DNA from: Candidatus Altimarinota bacterium
GTDB taxonomy: Bacteria; Patescibacteriota; Gracilibacteria; 1-14-2-50-48-13
Assembly: GCA_046314355.1 (NCBI GenBank)
Contig: JBKBWQ010000001.1
Span: forward strand, 1,536,001-1,600,000
Direction: 5' to 3'
Length of the DNA stretch: 64,000 bases
The notes beneath the pieces were generated by a model. That model did no database searches. It saw nothing but the letters and a program-made list of their open reading frames with translations, and was not told where the DNA came from. A program made the translations under genes and the position numbers. Below are positions 9,701 through 19,787 of this stretch, piece after piece. The number at the start of each line of letters is the position of its first letter. The stretch's first letter is position 1.

Positions 9701-12700
9701 GACCTCCAAGTTCCTGTACTATTGCAGTAGTATTCCCAGCTATTGCAGTAGGTGCTGTAGTATCCCACCAGAGACTAGCAGTATATGGCGCACTTATATT
9801 TCCGGCAGCATCTGTAAGTGTAAACTCTACTGTATTTTTGAAATTTGCAGGGAGATCAAATTGTGCAGTGGATCTACCTATTTGAGAGAAGGATTTGGTT
9901 CCAAGAACTGTAGCTCCGCTTTTCACCGTAAGAGTGAGAGGAAGAGAGAGCGCTCGACCTGTATCCACTTCTTCAAGGCTTGTGAAACTTACATTTATCT
10001 GTTTATTCTTGCTGATAGTCCAGTTTATTCCATCAAAGTTTTTTGTATTCAGTGGTGCAAAATCTGGTGTCTCAGTGAATGAAGGTACTTTAGTATCAAA
10101 GGATATTCCATCCATGGTTTGGCTTGATGTATTTCCCACAAGATCTGCTGCTGTAAGTCTTGCTCTATAGATAATCTGCACACCTGCAGCAGTCTTCTTT
10201 GGAAGATTCGTGAAAATAATGCTGACTGGCCAGTTACCGTTTGCATCCTGTTTGAGAGTAAGGACTGTAGGATCTGTCTGTGAGACATCTACCGTTGCAC
10301 TTTCAGTCACTTTTCCTGCAAGAGAGACTGCAGTACCTGTATTTACATCTATGATATTCATATCCATATGATCTATACCGCTGACACCGTAACCTCCAGT
10401 ATCCTTATCCTTTACACCTGGGATTGCAATGTCTACAAAGTGATTTGGATTAGGGAGATCCTGAATATTTTTGATAGTCATGGATCCTGTAAATTCTGGT
10501 GCACCTGTGTCGTAGATAATATTCACGACTTTAGAAACTGTTGCTCCTGCCACATCTTTAATTATTACTGTTACTGTATTATCTCCGTTTATGAGTGAAG
10601 ACTCAAGCTGGTAGGAATTACTTGAAATGACATGTGCAGTACCTCCGTTGAGAGAGAATGAGTACGTTGCTCCTGCTCCAAGACCACTTCCCGCATCGCT
10701 TGCTGCGACCTCTATGAGCGGACGTACATCATTTGTATACCATTTGTTATTTTTGATTTCAGCTTTTGTTTGTGGCTGAGTAGCTTTAACAGTGACTGTA
10801 TCGATCTGAGGAGGGGTAGTATCAAGATATATAGTGAATGTATTGGATTCAGCTGTATTCCCAAGCTCATCAGTGACTCGTACTTTCATACTATTATTTC
10901 CCTGATTTTGGACTGTAAACTGGATAGGTGCGTTCATCGGATTTGCCTGACTAAAAGTTCCGCTTCCGATGATAGATGCGCCAAGGAGGACTTCGTATTT
11001 CACAGCACTTGTGGAGGTAACTGAGATAATTCCCGCTACACTTGTGGAACTTGTCTGAATCTTTCCATTATTAACGTTGAGTGCTGTAATCTGAGGTTTA
11101 GCAGTTACCTGACGCACGTTGTATGTGGAGCTTGAAATATTTCCTGCTCTATCTTTTACTTCTACGATGACCTGGGTAGTGCTGTCAGGAGTGAGGGTAA
11201 GGTTTCCTTTTTGATATGTATATGTATCAGTAGTACCTGTTTTAAGTATGGCAGATGCGTTACTTACTAGGTAATTTCCATTAACCTTCACGGAGACAGT
11301 AGGGCTACCCCAATTATCTTGAGCTTCTACTACGATACCTGCGTATGATCCTGATGTGAGGTATTCATTTGCTACAGTACTCTTTTTGAGAAGTATATCG
11401 GGTGTAGGGGAAAACGCGCCTGCGTTACCCTGATACAGTGTAGTAAAGGATTCACCAACTGTACCTGAGACAGGTGCAGTAGTATCTTGTACAACGGTAT
11501 AGGCTAGGTCAGTATTATTTCCTGCTGCATCCTGGAATCGTACTTGATAAGTCTGCTGCGTATTTGGAGTGGAGAGAGCTATATCAAGAGTCTGAGATGC
11601 GGTAGGTAGAGCAGATGCAAAGTTTGCTTTTTCTACTCCGTTTACTAGGACTTTCACTGGGAAACTTTGTTCAACACTTGGCTCAAAAGTATAGTTAAGG
11701 CTAAGTACAGTATCATTGGTCACGTATACAGTACCTGCATCATTTAATCCGAGACTTTTCCCTGCAGTCTTAGCTGTAAGAGTGGTAGTGCCGAGTGTGA
11801 TCGGGATAAGGTCTTCGGTGATACTAATATTCTGTTCATAGGTAGTCTCTTTGCCATCTACAATTACTGTAGCTGTGGCAACATATGTTCCTTTTGGAGG
11901 ACGGTTAAGATTGATAGTTCCAGTGGCAGTGGTAAAGCTTTGGTTGAGAGTAGTGAATGGTATTCCGGCTGGTCCTGTAATCTGAAGATTCACTGTTCTG
12001 CTTGTTCCTGCAGGATTGACCACAAACTGTACTGGAATGATACCACTAGCATTGGCTGCTCCCCGGGTAAGAGAGAATCCGTCCTGTACCATAATAGAAG
12101 TACTTGGATTTAAAGAATCCGAGAGTACAAAGGTATAAGGTGAACTACCTGAGAGTACAATATCCCGTACTGTATATGTTCTTGATGCAGTACTGACAGT
12201 ACCTTCTGAGAACAACACATTTACTCCCGCGAGAAGCTGCGTCTTTGAAGTATCCTGGACAGTAAAGGTAAGGTCTAGTTTTGTTTTATTATCTTTGAAA
12301 GCATAGCTAACGTTTGTAACGACAGGTGATTTCCAGTCTACATTTGTAGCCACTGGACCCGCGACCATAGCATGATTTGAGATGTCATAGAAGGTAACTC
12401 TTAGATCATTCTGAGATCCCTGAGGGAAGTTCGGCAGGTCTGTCTCTGTAAGTACCCAGTTGCCTGAGATAAGTCTGTCAGAGTCTTGGAAGACACTGTC
12501 AGGGAGTGTCAGATCCTTGAGTGTACTACCATATGCTACCGTTACCCGATGAGAGAGCATTCCGCTATCAGATACACGGAGAGCTAGAGTAAGCTCCTTT
12601 GTGGGATTGGCTGCAGAAGGGACTTGTACGACTGCAGATTGTCCCGCAGGAATAGTTGGACCTGTGGTATCTGTATACACATTGATAGTCTTTGTAGTAC

Positions 12701-15700
12701 TGATATTTCCTGCATTATCTACCGCTACAAACGTGACTTCACCTCCATAATTTGCAGGGAAAGTAATCGGCAGTTCCATACTACCTTCTGATGAGACTGT
12801 AGTATTCACCATAAAAGTGCTGACAGTAGAGAGATCTCTTGCTGCTCCTGCATATGCCTTTAGTGATATAGGCATAGTTTTTGTACGTCCTGAATTTGTG
12901 TTCTCCTGAAGGTTTGTGATAATAGATTGTGTAGACTGGTTTAAAATATACCAGCTCTTACCATCCGCAGCACGGAGCGGCATATCTTTGATGGAGACTT
13001 CTCCTACAAAGGTTGGAGCGAGTGTATCAAAAGATGCTGGTGCGGAAAGGATAGGAACAGAAGTGTTACCTAATTTATCTTTGGCACTAAGCTGAAGTGT
13101 ATACGCAGTTTGTTCACCTGAAACTGTTTTATCAAGGTTAGAGAATGTGAGGATGGCAGGGAGTGACCCATTGGTGTCAGGAGCAATGAGAAGTCTCGTA
13201 GAATCTGTCGGATCAAGTGATATGAATCCTGTAGGTACTACTTTCCCCGTAAGACTTACTGCTGCCCCTGTCTTACTGCTGAGGAGTTTGATTTCCACAC
13301 TCTCAAGTCCGACTGTTCCAATGTTTGCAGGAGTATCTGCATCCTTTGCACCAGGTACGTTATATTTGATAGAATTATTTGGATTTTGTAGATCGGATAT
13401 AGTATCGACTGTTATCCCACCAAGCGCAGTCGGAGTATACGTATCTAAGATAATAGTAATCTGACTTGATACGGTGTTTCCTGCAAAGTCTGCTGTAAAA
13501 AATAACAGATCATTTGTTCCTGCAGATAGAGTTGGAAGAGTCATATTGTCTGTATATGCAGTGATTACTCCACCATTGAGCTGAATCTTACTCTTAGATG
13601 TATCAATATTTGAACCTCCTGCATCAGCCATAATTACTTTTAATGCTGGTGTTGGCGAGCTTGTGTACCACTTATTATTTTGTAGCAGTACTTTTTTATT
13701 TGCAGGTGCTGTCAGTACCATACTTGAAACAGTAGGCGCTGTTGTATCGTAAATCACAGTCTGAACTGATGTCTCTGTTCTATGACCAAGTTCATCAATA
13801 ATAACGACTTTGACTGTATGGGTACCAGGTGTTCCTAATGGAATAGATATCGGTGCATTTGTTACACTAGTATTTCCTAATGAACCAGTGGAGACTACGG
13901 CGCCGTCCACGATTACTTCATAGGTAAGAGTGCTTGATCCTGCGGTGCTTACTGTAGCAGTCACAGTTGGAGTGTTGACGGTAGTGTCTCCTCCATTCAC
14001 TGTAAATGATCCAATACTTGGATTTGAAGTATAATGTTTGAGAGAAAAAGGTACAGATTTTACGTTTCCGGCAATATCTGTAATCTCTACCGTATAGTTT
14101 GCGGTTGCATTTACATCAACGGCAATATCTTTCTTTGTGAAAGTAAAGTTTGTCGTGCTGCCTGCGATGGCAGTAAGAGTAGTTGAAGGCACAATGACTG
14201 CTGCACCTTTTTTGATGACTACTTTTGGCGCATTTCCCCAATTGTCCTCAGCATTTACTACAAATGCTGCAAGAGAGGTATCAGACAGATATGCTGATAC
14301 TGCAGAAGAATAAGGGAGGAGTAGAGAGCTGCTTGGTACAAATGTGCCTGAAGTTCCTTCATAGAGTGCTACATTTGATGTCGTTCCAGAGACAGGATTA
14401 GAGGTCTGATTATCCATGATCACAGTATAATTATACGTAATCTTATTTCCTGCGGCGTCACTTATCTCAATGACGTAAGCTACCGGATTATTTGGATTTG
14501 AAAGGGAGAACGAAACTGTCTGAGTACCTGTAGGAATAGAAGCATAAGAGGCTGCCTGGGCACCGTTTACTTTTACTGTGAGAGGGAAACTCTGCTCTGT
14601 ATAAGGGGTAAAACTAAAGCTTGCACTAGCACTTGTGTCATTGGTAAAGTATCTTGAACTTCCATCTTGGTTCATTATTTTTCCTGCATTTGTAGCACTT
14701 AATGTAGGTGCGGCAGTGATCTTTGGTCCAATAAGATCGGCAGTATTAGTGATTGTCCCGGTAAAAGTAGCGGTAGGTTTATTTGGTATAGTGACTACAG
14801 CCTGTACACCATAAGTGCCCTTTGGTGCTTCATTGATAGATATGTTCCCTAACGCGCCTGCAAATGTCTGATTGACCGGAGATCCAAACCCAGCCGGAGG
14901 TGTAACTGTAAATGTTGTTGAGCTTCCCCCTGGAAGATTATTCGGTGCATAGGTGGATGCTACATTCAAGCTAGTCCCAGAAGTGTTAGATCCAAAAGTC
15001 ATTCCATTCTGTACACTAAAGGCTGCTGGAGTATTTATATCATCAGTAATTGTGAAGTTATATGGAAGAGTCCTTCCTGTCAGCGCGATATTTGCAATGC
15101 TCAGCATTCTTGTTATTGCAGAGGCCGTTGCTTCTTTCCCAAGATCAGTAGTCTCAAAGAATGTTCGTAGAGGAGAACGGTCTGTTACATTCAAGTTCAG
15201 ATTTATGACTGAAGGTGTAATGGAGTAGTTACTAAGAGACTCATTAATAGTAGGTGAGGTATGATCGGTCAGGGTGGTAATATTTCCTGAAATTGCTTCA
15301 TTATTTGCCGCATCAAATATTTTCACCTGAAGAGTGTCTGTTCCTTCCTTGAGTTGAGGAATACTTGCGTAGGGAATAGTCCACTGTCCGCTAATAGTTT
15401 TTTTGTCAGCGCTGAGTAGTGCAGCAGGAATTGTAAGATAATAATTGTACCCGTTTGTACTTATCAGCACATTAGTGGTAAGTGCCACATTATCGGTAAA
15501 ATTCATATTTAGTGTCACATCTTTCGTTGCGAGTCCAGGTGTCGTAAGTGCTTGATTGAGTGTATTAATCACTGGAGGAGTTGGATCATGCCAGAATTGT
15601 ATAGTCCGGGTTGATGTATTTCCTCCTGAGTCACTTATGGTAAATGTAAGCGGACCTTTGAAATTACTTCCAGGAAGTGTAAAAGCGTCATCCAGGTATG

Positions 15701-18700
15701 CTTCTTTACTACTATTAGTATAAGCACTGAAATATTCTATGATTGTTGAACCATTTCGTATTACATTTGAAATCTGACCAGACCAGGTATTGCTATTTGT
15801 CGCTTCTAGTGCAGTGAATCCATACCTTGCTGCTGTATCTTTGTAAACTATATAGTTTATGCCATTGAGGAGTATCGGAGAGATCTGTGATGAGACAGGT
15901 GAACCCTGATAAAAAGTAGTTAGAGAAGTGAAATCAGGAGCTAGTGTATCAAATTTTATATCATCGAGAATTTGTGTCGTAGTATTACCAAAAGAATCAT
16001 ATACGGTAAGTTCGGCACGGTAGGTAATCTGAGCACCAGCGAGAGTTGCTCTCGGCAGTATACCTTCAGTTATTCCTTGAGAGTAACCCCCAGCATTTCG
16101 ATCATGGTTAAACATCAAACCTATTTGTTCCATGTCTCCATTGGCATCCTTTACGAGAGTGATTTCATTTCCAGATCTATGAGTGCCTGAGTTCCCGGCT
16201 AGGTTTGATATTTGCACCAGAAGAGGCTCCTGTATGTTTCCTTCAGTCTTATTGATTACTTTGAAAACCATTTTACTGATATTTGATCCTGTTGGAAGTA
16301 TCAGAGGAGCATAGTTAAGATCCCCCCACATTTTATTTCCTTCAAGAAGCGGCATTCTTAGTGTGCCTGTAAGTACAGGACCTGCCGTTGAAACTGAAAT
16401 AGATTTAGATGCTGTAGAAATATTCCCTGCATTATCCGTAACCGTAAGAGTGATCGTATGTGCGCCGTCTGAAAGAGTAGGAAGTATGACCTCAGATCCT
16501 GTGATATTTACAGGAGTACCTGTATCAATTTTCATAGTCTGAGATGCGATTCCTGAGATTGTGTCTGCAGTAGTGAACTGCATCTTTGGAGTTTTATCAT
16601 TTGTATACCATACTCCTCCTGACTGAGAAATAGTCTTTCCTGCCGTAGTGGTAATAAAATTATCGATAGATGCTGTAGGCAGCACTGTATCTACATTTAG
16701 TGTATATGTATTCGTGATGCTAGGAGTACCAAGTACATCTTGAGCCTTTGCGCAAATACTTGTAGGTTGGCTGAAAGTGAGGGTATTTGAAGGACTTCCG
16801 CTGCTTGTGTATGTATAAGTTGAAGTGGGAGTACAGCTTACTGCACCTGCTGAGACATTTTGATAAGTGGCAGCTGTGAAACATCCTGGAGTATTATCTG
16901 TACAGCTTAAGATTACTTGAACAGGTGTTTTTGTCCAAGCACTGTTTGGCATGGCGGATGGCACACCATTGATGCTCCATCCAAAGACAGGAGGCTGATC
17001 ATCTAGATATAGTTTCCTCGTTTCAGAGGCAGAATTTCCTGCTATATCTTTTACTGAAATTGTAATGGTATTTATACCGGGACTAAGCTGGCTTCGCTGA
17101 ATTCTAAATATAGACGGGAGAGATGATGTCACCGTACCGTTTACATTAACAGTGTAGGTATTAGAGTTGATACCGCTTCCACCAGCATTATCAGAGGAAT
17201 TTGTAAGAATATCTACTCCTGATGTGGTCATAGACATGGTGGTAGGGGTTCCGTTATCGTTTACGCTAATGGTATTTAACGGATATCCAGTAGTGATATT
17301 ATTGAGAGACTGTATCCCAACTGTTGGTGCAACTGTATCAGATAAAATAGTCGCTACAGTGCTCATCGCTATATCGCTAGAAACTGCAGATGAAGGGAGT
17401 GAAATACTTGTGACAAGTGCATTAGTAGAAGTACTATAAACGTCAATAAATCCAGTTCTCATAACATAGAGCTGATTTCCATCGCTTGTAACTTGTGCAG
17501 ATTTAGCATCACTTGCAATAGAGATATTTCCTACGTTGCTGTTAGAAAGAGTATCTATGATATAAACTTTATCTGTAGATTCACTTACTACATATACTCT
17601 GCTGCCATCAGGAGAAATAGAAAGACTATTATTTGTAGTATTACCTGAAAGTCCAGGTACAGAAATAGTCGTAATTACTTTTGTCTCAGTATTTACTTTC
17701 AAAAGACTAGTTGAATTTGCTACATATGCATACAGTCCATCAGGACTTGAAACAATACCATACGGCAAACTTGTGACAGGAATTGTACTCTGGTAATTAC
17801 CCGGATCTAAGTAGACTATCTCTGTACCGGTTGTTGCAAATAGCCAACGGGCACTATTGAATAACTTAATCGGACCATTTGTTAAGGGATACGATCTAAT
17901 GATTGATCCGTCATTTACATTCAATTCATATATTTTTTTGTCACCGTTACTTGCTGCAAAAACTCTATTTCCTCGAAATATCACATCATTGATCCAGGTA
18001 CTGCCCATATCGGTGGTATGAGCAATTTGGCGTGAGATCGTGTTAATTGCAGGAATTTTATGTGTAGTAAGCCCTGATGCAAATACCTTACTGCCATCTG
18101 GATGTACTGTGATATCCATCGGGTACTCTGTGTTAGATACTGAATAGAGGAGACTATTATTTGTTGTATCTATGACATTGACTGTATTTGAACCATAACT
18201 TGCAACATAAGCGAGCACTCCGCTCACACTTTGTATGACAAGAATACCGGCAGTACTTGTAACTGTACCAGATCCATTACTAATACTCACCTTATATTTA
18301 TTTCCGGAGCCACTTGCGGTTATAGCAGGCGTAGTGTAACTTGCGGCTGTAGCACCCGGTATGGCGGCGCCGAATTTATCAAACCACTGATACGTAAGAT
18401 TGCTTCCGTAAGCTCCGACAGTGAATGTAGCAGTTTGACCTATAGATACAGAAACATGCGAAGGCTGCTTAAAAATAACTGGTGCATCAGTAGCAGCTGC
18501 AGAATCTACGATATTTACCCTTGAGGTTCCTTGTGTACACTGTGTGCCATTACATGCCTTGAAGGTAAGAACTTTGGTAGTTGCAAAATTTGTAAAATAA
18601 TTATCGTAGTATATAAATGGTGCACAAGGTGTAACTGTAGGTGTACCAGTATTTACTGTGACGGAACAGGTACTGCCAGCATCATAGTTGGAAAGGTTCC

Positions 18701-19757
18701 AGACTAGTGGCACACGATGCTGCTGTCCTGTAAGGCCAACTATAATATTTTCTGCGGTACTGACGTTCATTGCTCCCGGAATACCTCGACTAAACTTTGG
18801 ATCAAAGGAAGCGCCTCCTGTGGGAGCGTAATCCTCAATTATTCCTAAAGAATTAAGGACGGGTGCTGTTGCTGACTGAGCAGGAGTAAGATTGGGTGTA
18901 TGATTAAATAAGATTGTAGAAGGGTTACTACATCCTGTTTGTGAATTATACACATGACAGTTGGTAAAAGAGACTTCGTATTGTCCCTTCGGCAGTGTTT
19001 GTCCAACCCCAAGCATCACTGTAGATAATTTAATACCTGCCGTACCCGTACCGCAAGGATATGTGGTACTTTTTAATGCATAAGGCATTGTACTCTCTGG
19101 AATGTTCTTTGGAGCTATCCAGATTTTACACATAGTACTTGTCACTGTAGCTTGTCCGTCAATGGACCAGTATGGTATAAACGATACTTCATCAAGATCA
19201 CCATAATAATTATTGAAAGTTCCACTCCACGTCAACTGTCCTCCAGAGGCATCAGTATAAAATTTCCCCTGAGGATTAGGTGTTCCTCCCATTTCAAATC
19301 TTGTATAAGGTGAGGGGAGAGAGTTTGCTCTTTGAAGTGCTGTTGCGTATGTTATAGCTGAACACGTCTGAGTGCCTAGTCCTGCATCATTACAGGCTCT
19401 CATACTATCAACTCTTGTTTTATACTGAGGTTCTCCAGCAATAGTTGTAAAAGTGTGTACACCTAAGTCTATCACTCCATGAGGAAACACGCTTGGACAA
19501 GTTGCAAGTGCCCCATTATTGAAACTACATTTGATAGTATTAACTGTATTCTCTACCACCCAAGATACGGTACCTAAACCTCTTCCTCCGCCTAAAGTAT
19601 AATCAAACATCGAAACAATAGGAGTGGGAGTGCCAGCCGCAGAAGCAGCAGGGAGCATATCCCACATATTAGCCGGTACCGCATTACATAAGAATGCAGC
19701 GAGTGCCATATGGGCTATGAGTTTCTTTAATCTTGTTTTCATAAATATATTTTTCAT
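6714..19757 (-). CDS. Giant (4347 aa) secreted adhesin-like protein: Ig domain, YVTN-type beta-propeller, many bacterial Ig-like repeats, C-terminal dockerin/EF-hand-like motif
   Basis: Signal-like N-terminus; PVIFKQPSHVSVSIGQTATFTV..YQW; YVASYGSNTVNVIDT; many D.AGN and DTTAP motifs; DANGDLNGDG..GLSDYILY near the C-terminus; no SLH. Confidence 0.85.
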   Translation of the reverse strand: MKNIFMKTRLKKLIAHMALAAFLCNAVPANMWDMLPAASAAGTPTPIVSMFDYTLGGGRGLGTVSWVVENTVNTIKCSFNNGALATCPSVFPHGVIDLGVHTFTTIAGEPQYKTRVDSMRACNDAGLGTQTCSAITYATALQRANSLPSPYTRFEMGGTPNPQGKFYTDASGGQLTWSGTFNNYYGDLDEVSFIPYWSIDGQATVTSTMCKIWIAPKNIPESTMPYALKSTTYPCGTGTAGIKLSTVMLGVGQTLPKGQYEVSFTNCHVYNSQTGCSNPSTILFNHTPNLTPAQSATAPVLNSLGIIEDYAPTGGASFDPKFSRGIPGAMNVSTAENIIVGLTGQQHRVPLVWNLSNYDAGSTCSVTVNTGTPTVTPCAPFIYYDNYFTNFATTKVLTFKACNGTQCTQGTSRVNIVDSAAATDAPVIFKQPSHVSVSIGQTATFTVGAYGSNLTYQWFDKFGAAIPGATAASYTTPAITASGSGNKYKVSISNGSGTVTSTAGILVIQSVSGVLAYVASYGSNTVNVIDTTNNSLLYSVSNTEYPMDITVHPDGSKVFASGLTTHKIPAINTISRQIAHTTDMGSTWINDVIFRGNRVFAASNGDKKIYELNVNDGSIIRSYPLTNGPIKLFNSARWLFATTGTEIVYLDPGNYQSTIPVTSLPYGIVSSPDGLYAYVANSTSLLKVNTETKVITTISVPGLSGNTTNNSLSISPDGSRVYVVSESTDKVYIIDTLSNSNVGNISIASDAKSAQVTSDGNQLYVMRTGFIDVYSTSTNALVTSISLPSSAVSSDIAMSTVATILSDTVAPTVGIQSLNNITTGYPLNTISVNDNGTPTTMSMTTSGVDILTNSSDNAGGSGINSNTYTVNVNGTVTSSLPSIFRIQRSQLSPGINTITISVKDIAGNSASETRKLYLDDQPPVFGWSINGVPSAMPNSAWTKTPVQVILSCTDNTPGCFTAATYQNVSAGAVSCTPTSTYTYTSSGSPSNTLTFSQPTSICAKAQDVLGTPSITNTYTLNVDTVLPTASIDNFITTTAGKTISQSGGVWYTNDKTPKMQFTTADTISGIASQTMKIDTGTPVNITGSEVILPTLSDGAHTITLTVTDNAGNISTASKSISVSTAGPVLTGTLRMPLLEGNKMWGDLNYAPLILPTGSNISKMVFKVINKTEGNIQEPLLVQISNLAGNSGTHRSGNEITLVKDANGDMEQIGLMFNHDRNAGGYSQGITEGILPRATLAGAQITYRAELTVYDSFGNTTTQILDDIKFDTLAPDFTSLTTFYQGSPVSSQISPILLNGINYIVYKDTAARYGFTALEATNSNTWSGQISNVIRNGSTIIEYFSAYTNSSKEAYLDDAFTLPGSNFKGPLTFTISDSGGNTSTRTIQFWHDPTPPVINTLNQALTTPGLATKDVTLNMNFTDNVALTTNVLISTNGYNYYLTIPAALLSADKKTISGQWTIPYASIPQLKEGTDTLQVKIFDAANNEAISGNITTLTDHTSPTINESLSNYSITPSVINLNLNVTDRSPLRTFFETTDLGKEATASAITRMLSIANIALTGRTLPYNFTITDDINTPAAFSVQNGMTFGSNTSGTSLNVASTYAPNNLPGGSSTTFTVTPPAGFGSPVNQTFAGALGNISINEAPKGTYGVQAVVTIPNKPTATFTGTITNTADLIGPKITAAPTLSATNAGKIMNQDGSSRYFTNDTSASASFSFTPYTEQSFPLTVKVNGAQAASYASIPTGTQTVSFSLSNPNNPVAYVIEISDAAGNKITYNYTVIMDNQTSNPVSGTTSNVALYEGTSGTFVPSSSLLLPYSSAVSAYLSDTSLAAFVVNAEDNWGNAPKVVIKKGAAVIVPSTTLTAIAGSTTNFTFTKKDIAVDVNATANYTVEITDIAGNVKSVPFSLKHYTSNPSIGSFTVNGGDTTVNTPTVTATVSTAGSSTLTYEVIVDGAVVSTGSLGNTSVTNAPISIPLGTPGTHTVKVVIIDELGHRTETSVQTVIYDTTAPTVSSMVLTAPANKKVLLQNNKWYTSSPTPALKVIMADAGGSNIDTSKSKIQLNGGVITAYTDNMTLPTLSAGTNDLLFFTADFAGNTVSSQITIILDTYTPTALGGITVDTISDLQNPNNSIKYNVPGAKDADTPANIGTVGLESVEIKLLSSKTGAAVSLTGKVVPTGFISLDPTDSTRLLIAPDTNGSLPAILTFSNLDKTVSGEQTAYTLQLSAKDKLGNTSVPILSAPASFDTLAPTFVGEVSIKDMPLRAADGKSWYILNQSTQSIITNLQENTNSGRTKTMPISLKAYAGAARDLSTVSTFMVNTTVSSEGSMELPITFPANYGGEVTFVAVDNAGNISTTKTINVYTDTTGPTIPAGQSAVVQVPSAANPTKELTLALRVSDSGMLSHRVTVAYGSTLKDLTLPDSVFQDSDRLISGNWVLTETDLPNFPQGSQNDLRVTFYDISNHAMVAGPVATNVDWKSPVVTNVSYAFKDNKTKLDLTFTVQDTSKTQLLAGVNVLFSEGTVSTASRTYTVRDIVLSGSSPYTFVLSDSLNPSTSIMVQDGFSLTRGAANASGIIPVQFVVNPAGTSRTVNLQITGPAGIPFTTLNQSFTTATGTINLNRPPKGTYVATATVIVDGKETTYEQNISITEDLIPITLGTTTLTAKTAGKSLGLNDAGTVYVTNDTVLSLNYTFEPSVEQSFPVKVLVNGVEKANFASALPTASQTLDIALSTPNTQQTYQVRFQDAAGNNTDLAYTVVQDTTAPVSGTVGESFTTLYQGNAGAFSPTPDILLKKSTVANEYLTSGSYAGIVVEAQDNWGSPTVSVKVNGNYLVSNASAILKTGTTDTYTYQKGNLTLTPDSTTQVIVEVKDRAGNISSSTYNVRQVTAKPQITALNVNNGKIQTSSTSVAGIISVTSTSAVKYEVLLGASIIGSGTFSQANPMNAPIQFTVQNQGNNSMKVRVTDELGNTAESNTFTIYLDTTPPQIDTVTVKATQPQTKAEIKNNKWYTNDVRPLIEVAASDAGSGLGAGATYSFSLNGGTAHVISSNSYQLESSLINGDNTVTVIIKDVAGATVSKVVNIIYDTGAPEFTGSMTIKNIQDLPNPNHFVDIAIPGVKDKDTGGYGVSGIDHMDMNIIDVNTGTAVSLAGKVTESATVDVSQTDPTVLTLKQDANGNWPVSIIFTNLPKKTAAGVQIIYRARLTAADLVGNTSSQTMDGISFDTKVPSFTETPDFAPLNTKNFDGINWTISKNKQINVSFTSLEEVDTGRALSLPLTLTVKSGATVLGTKSFSQIGRSTAQFDLPANFKNTVEFTLTDAAGNISAPYTASLWWDTTAPTAIAGNTTAIVQELGGLPGTNNLPLLIKAQDAGGMAKTALVEYSGKSMTLPIPASLFKDQDRQIDGIWTLTDQDVPEFPQGATSVLKITLSDTAGNLLPVNNIPIKYDSESPKINDMTYSFKNNNTQMDLSIAVSDVSLLSIRYNNQEIQKETSATNKDRTLTLSNVTLVGTGPYIFTLRDGINPDTQVTISDGLSLSFGAPSNETVPLNYVLSGSGDLTQAQAAFTISGPAGFTTFTKTQTGKTGSIVLTSPLKGQYTITTVVSIAGQNNVTYNNSLIFNQDIIAPKINDSRVGFDTVGDAPLGNTNGTFYTSASAIRMKYAFNSYIEQSFPVDVYVNRVKQTSFSVLPTDDQFVNIPLVNPNTTQSYSVEFVDAAGNTTKKDFTAVQDTVSPTHPTGTTMIKSYIGSTNFVANDSLLMKKSGVAEEYVTKNPMAAFVIMVEDEWGNTPMVRILKDGTEILPQTSMTNVANKVFSLTKKDAALTENALNSFRIEISDIAGNSYSEVILVRHDNSGPVITSINFNDGKEETNKTNNFGSVSVDATSSLTYKVLVDGQSVSNGVWSTADVSNAPLAFALAAQGSHNVIFSVTDELGQTTSSAAVVLTLDSIKPEAKLTVKDMKNVVYLSQKIDNTTTADPVLLTATRDRVSGSGMKLEVNEGRDVHFPISILTDSTQKPLAALYAQTPAASLADANAQSSTIIPLLSEGMNTLSVMLKDTFGNARSASLQIIRDTEGPSTTASVAETPEGNLKWDWNYADALNTPIDTVRIEVKNTTLGTIIYPKTSSPANFGTTTKSWTLSAADVRRGETYAMTIIATDNLGNASLARTISITPRSNTYDAFDPLDKDPTPIPWQNDPSITEVTVTLTQTNGTVYTAVIPKTPTLDLETFIDTASNGTKDKLPVGTYDVVITPVTTNSNVVPAKVETTITISPYYMDANGDLNGDGFGGGLSDYILYKEAKRIGNIYALVKVGILTEAEKKQDEERKARGTEIENIIINVMTTKLDEFMKK
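7920..16700 (-). repeat. Three ~2.9-kb (~975 aa) intragenic super-repeats
   Basis: WYT marker at ~16610, ~13670, ~10742; EQSFP at ~14590, ~11665, ~8758; (E/Q)D(N/E)WG three times; boundaries approximate. Confidence 0.85.
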
Positions 19758-19787
19758 ATGTGTATTTGTTTTTTGTAGGGGGTAGAG

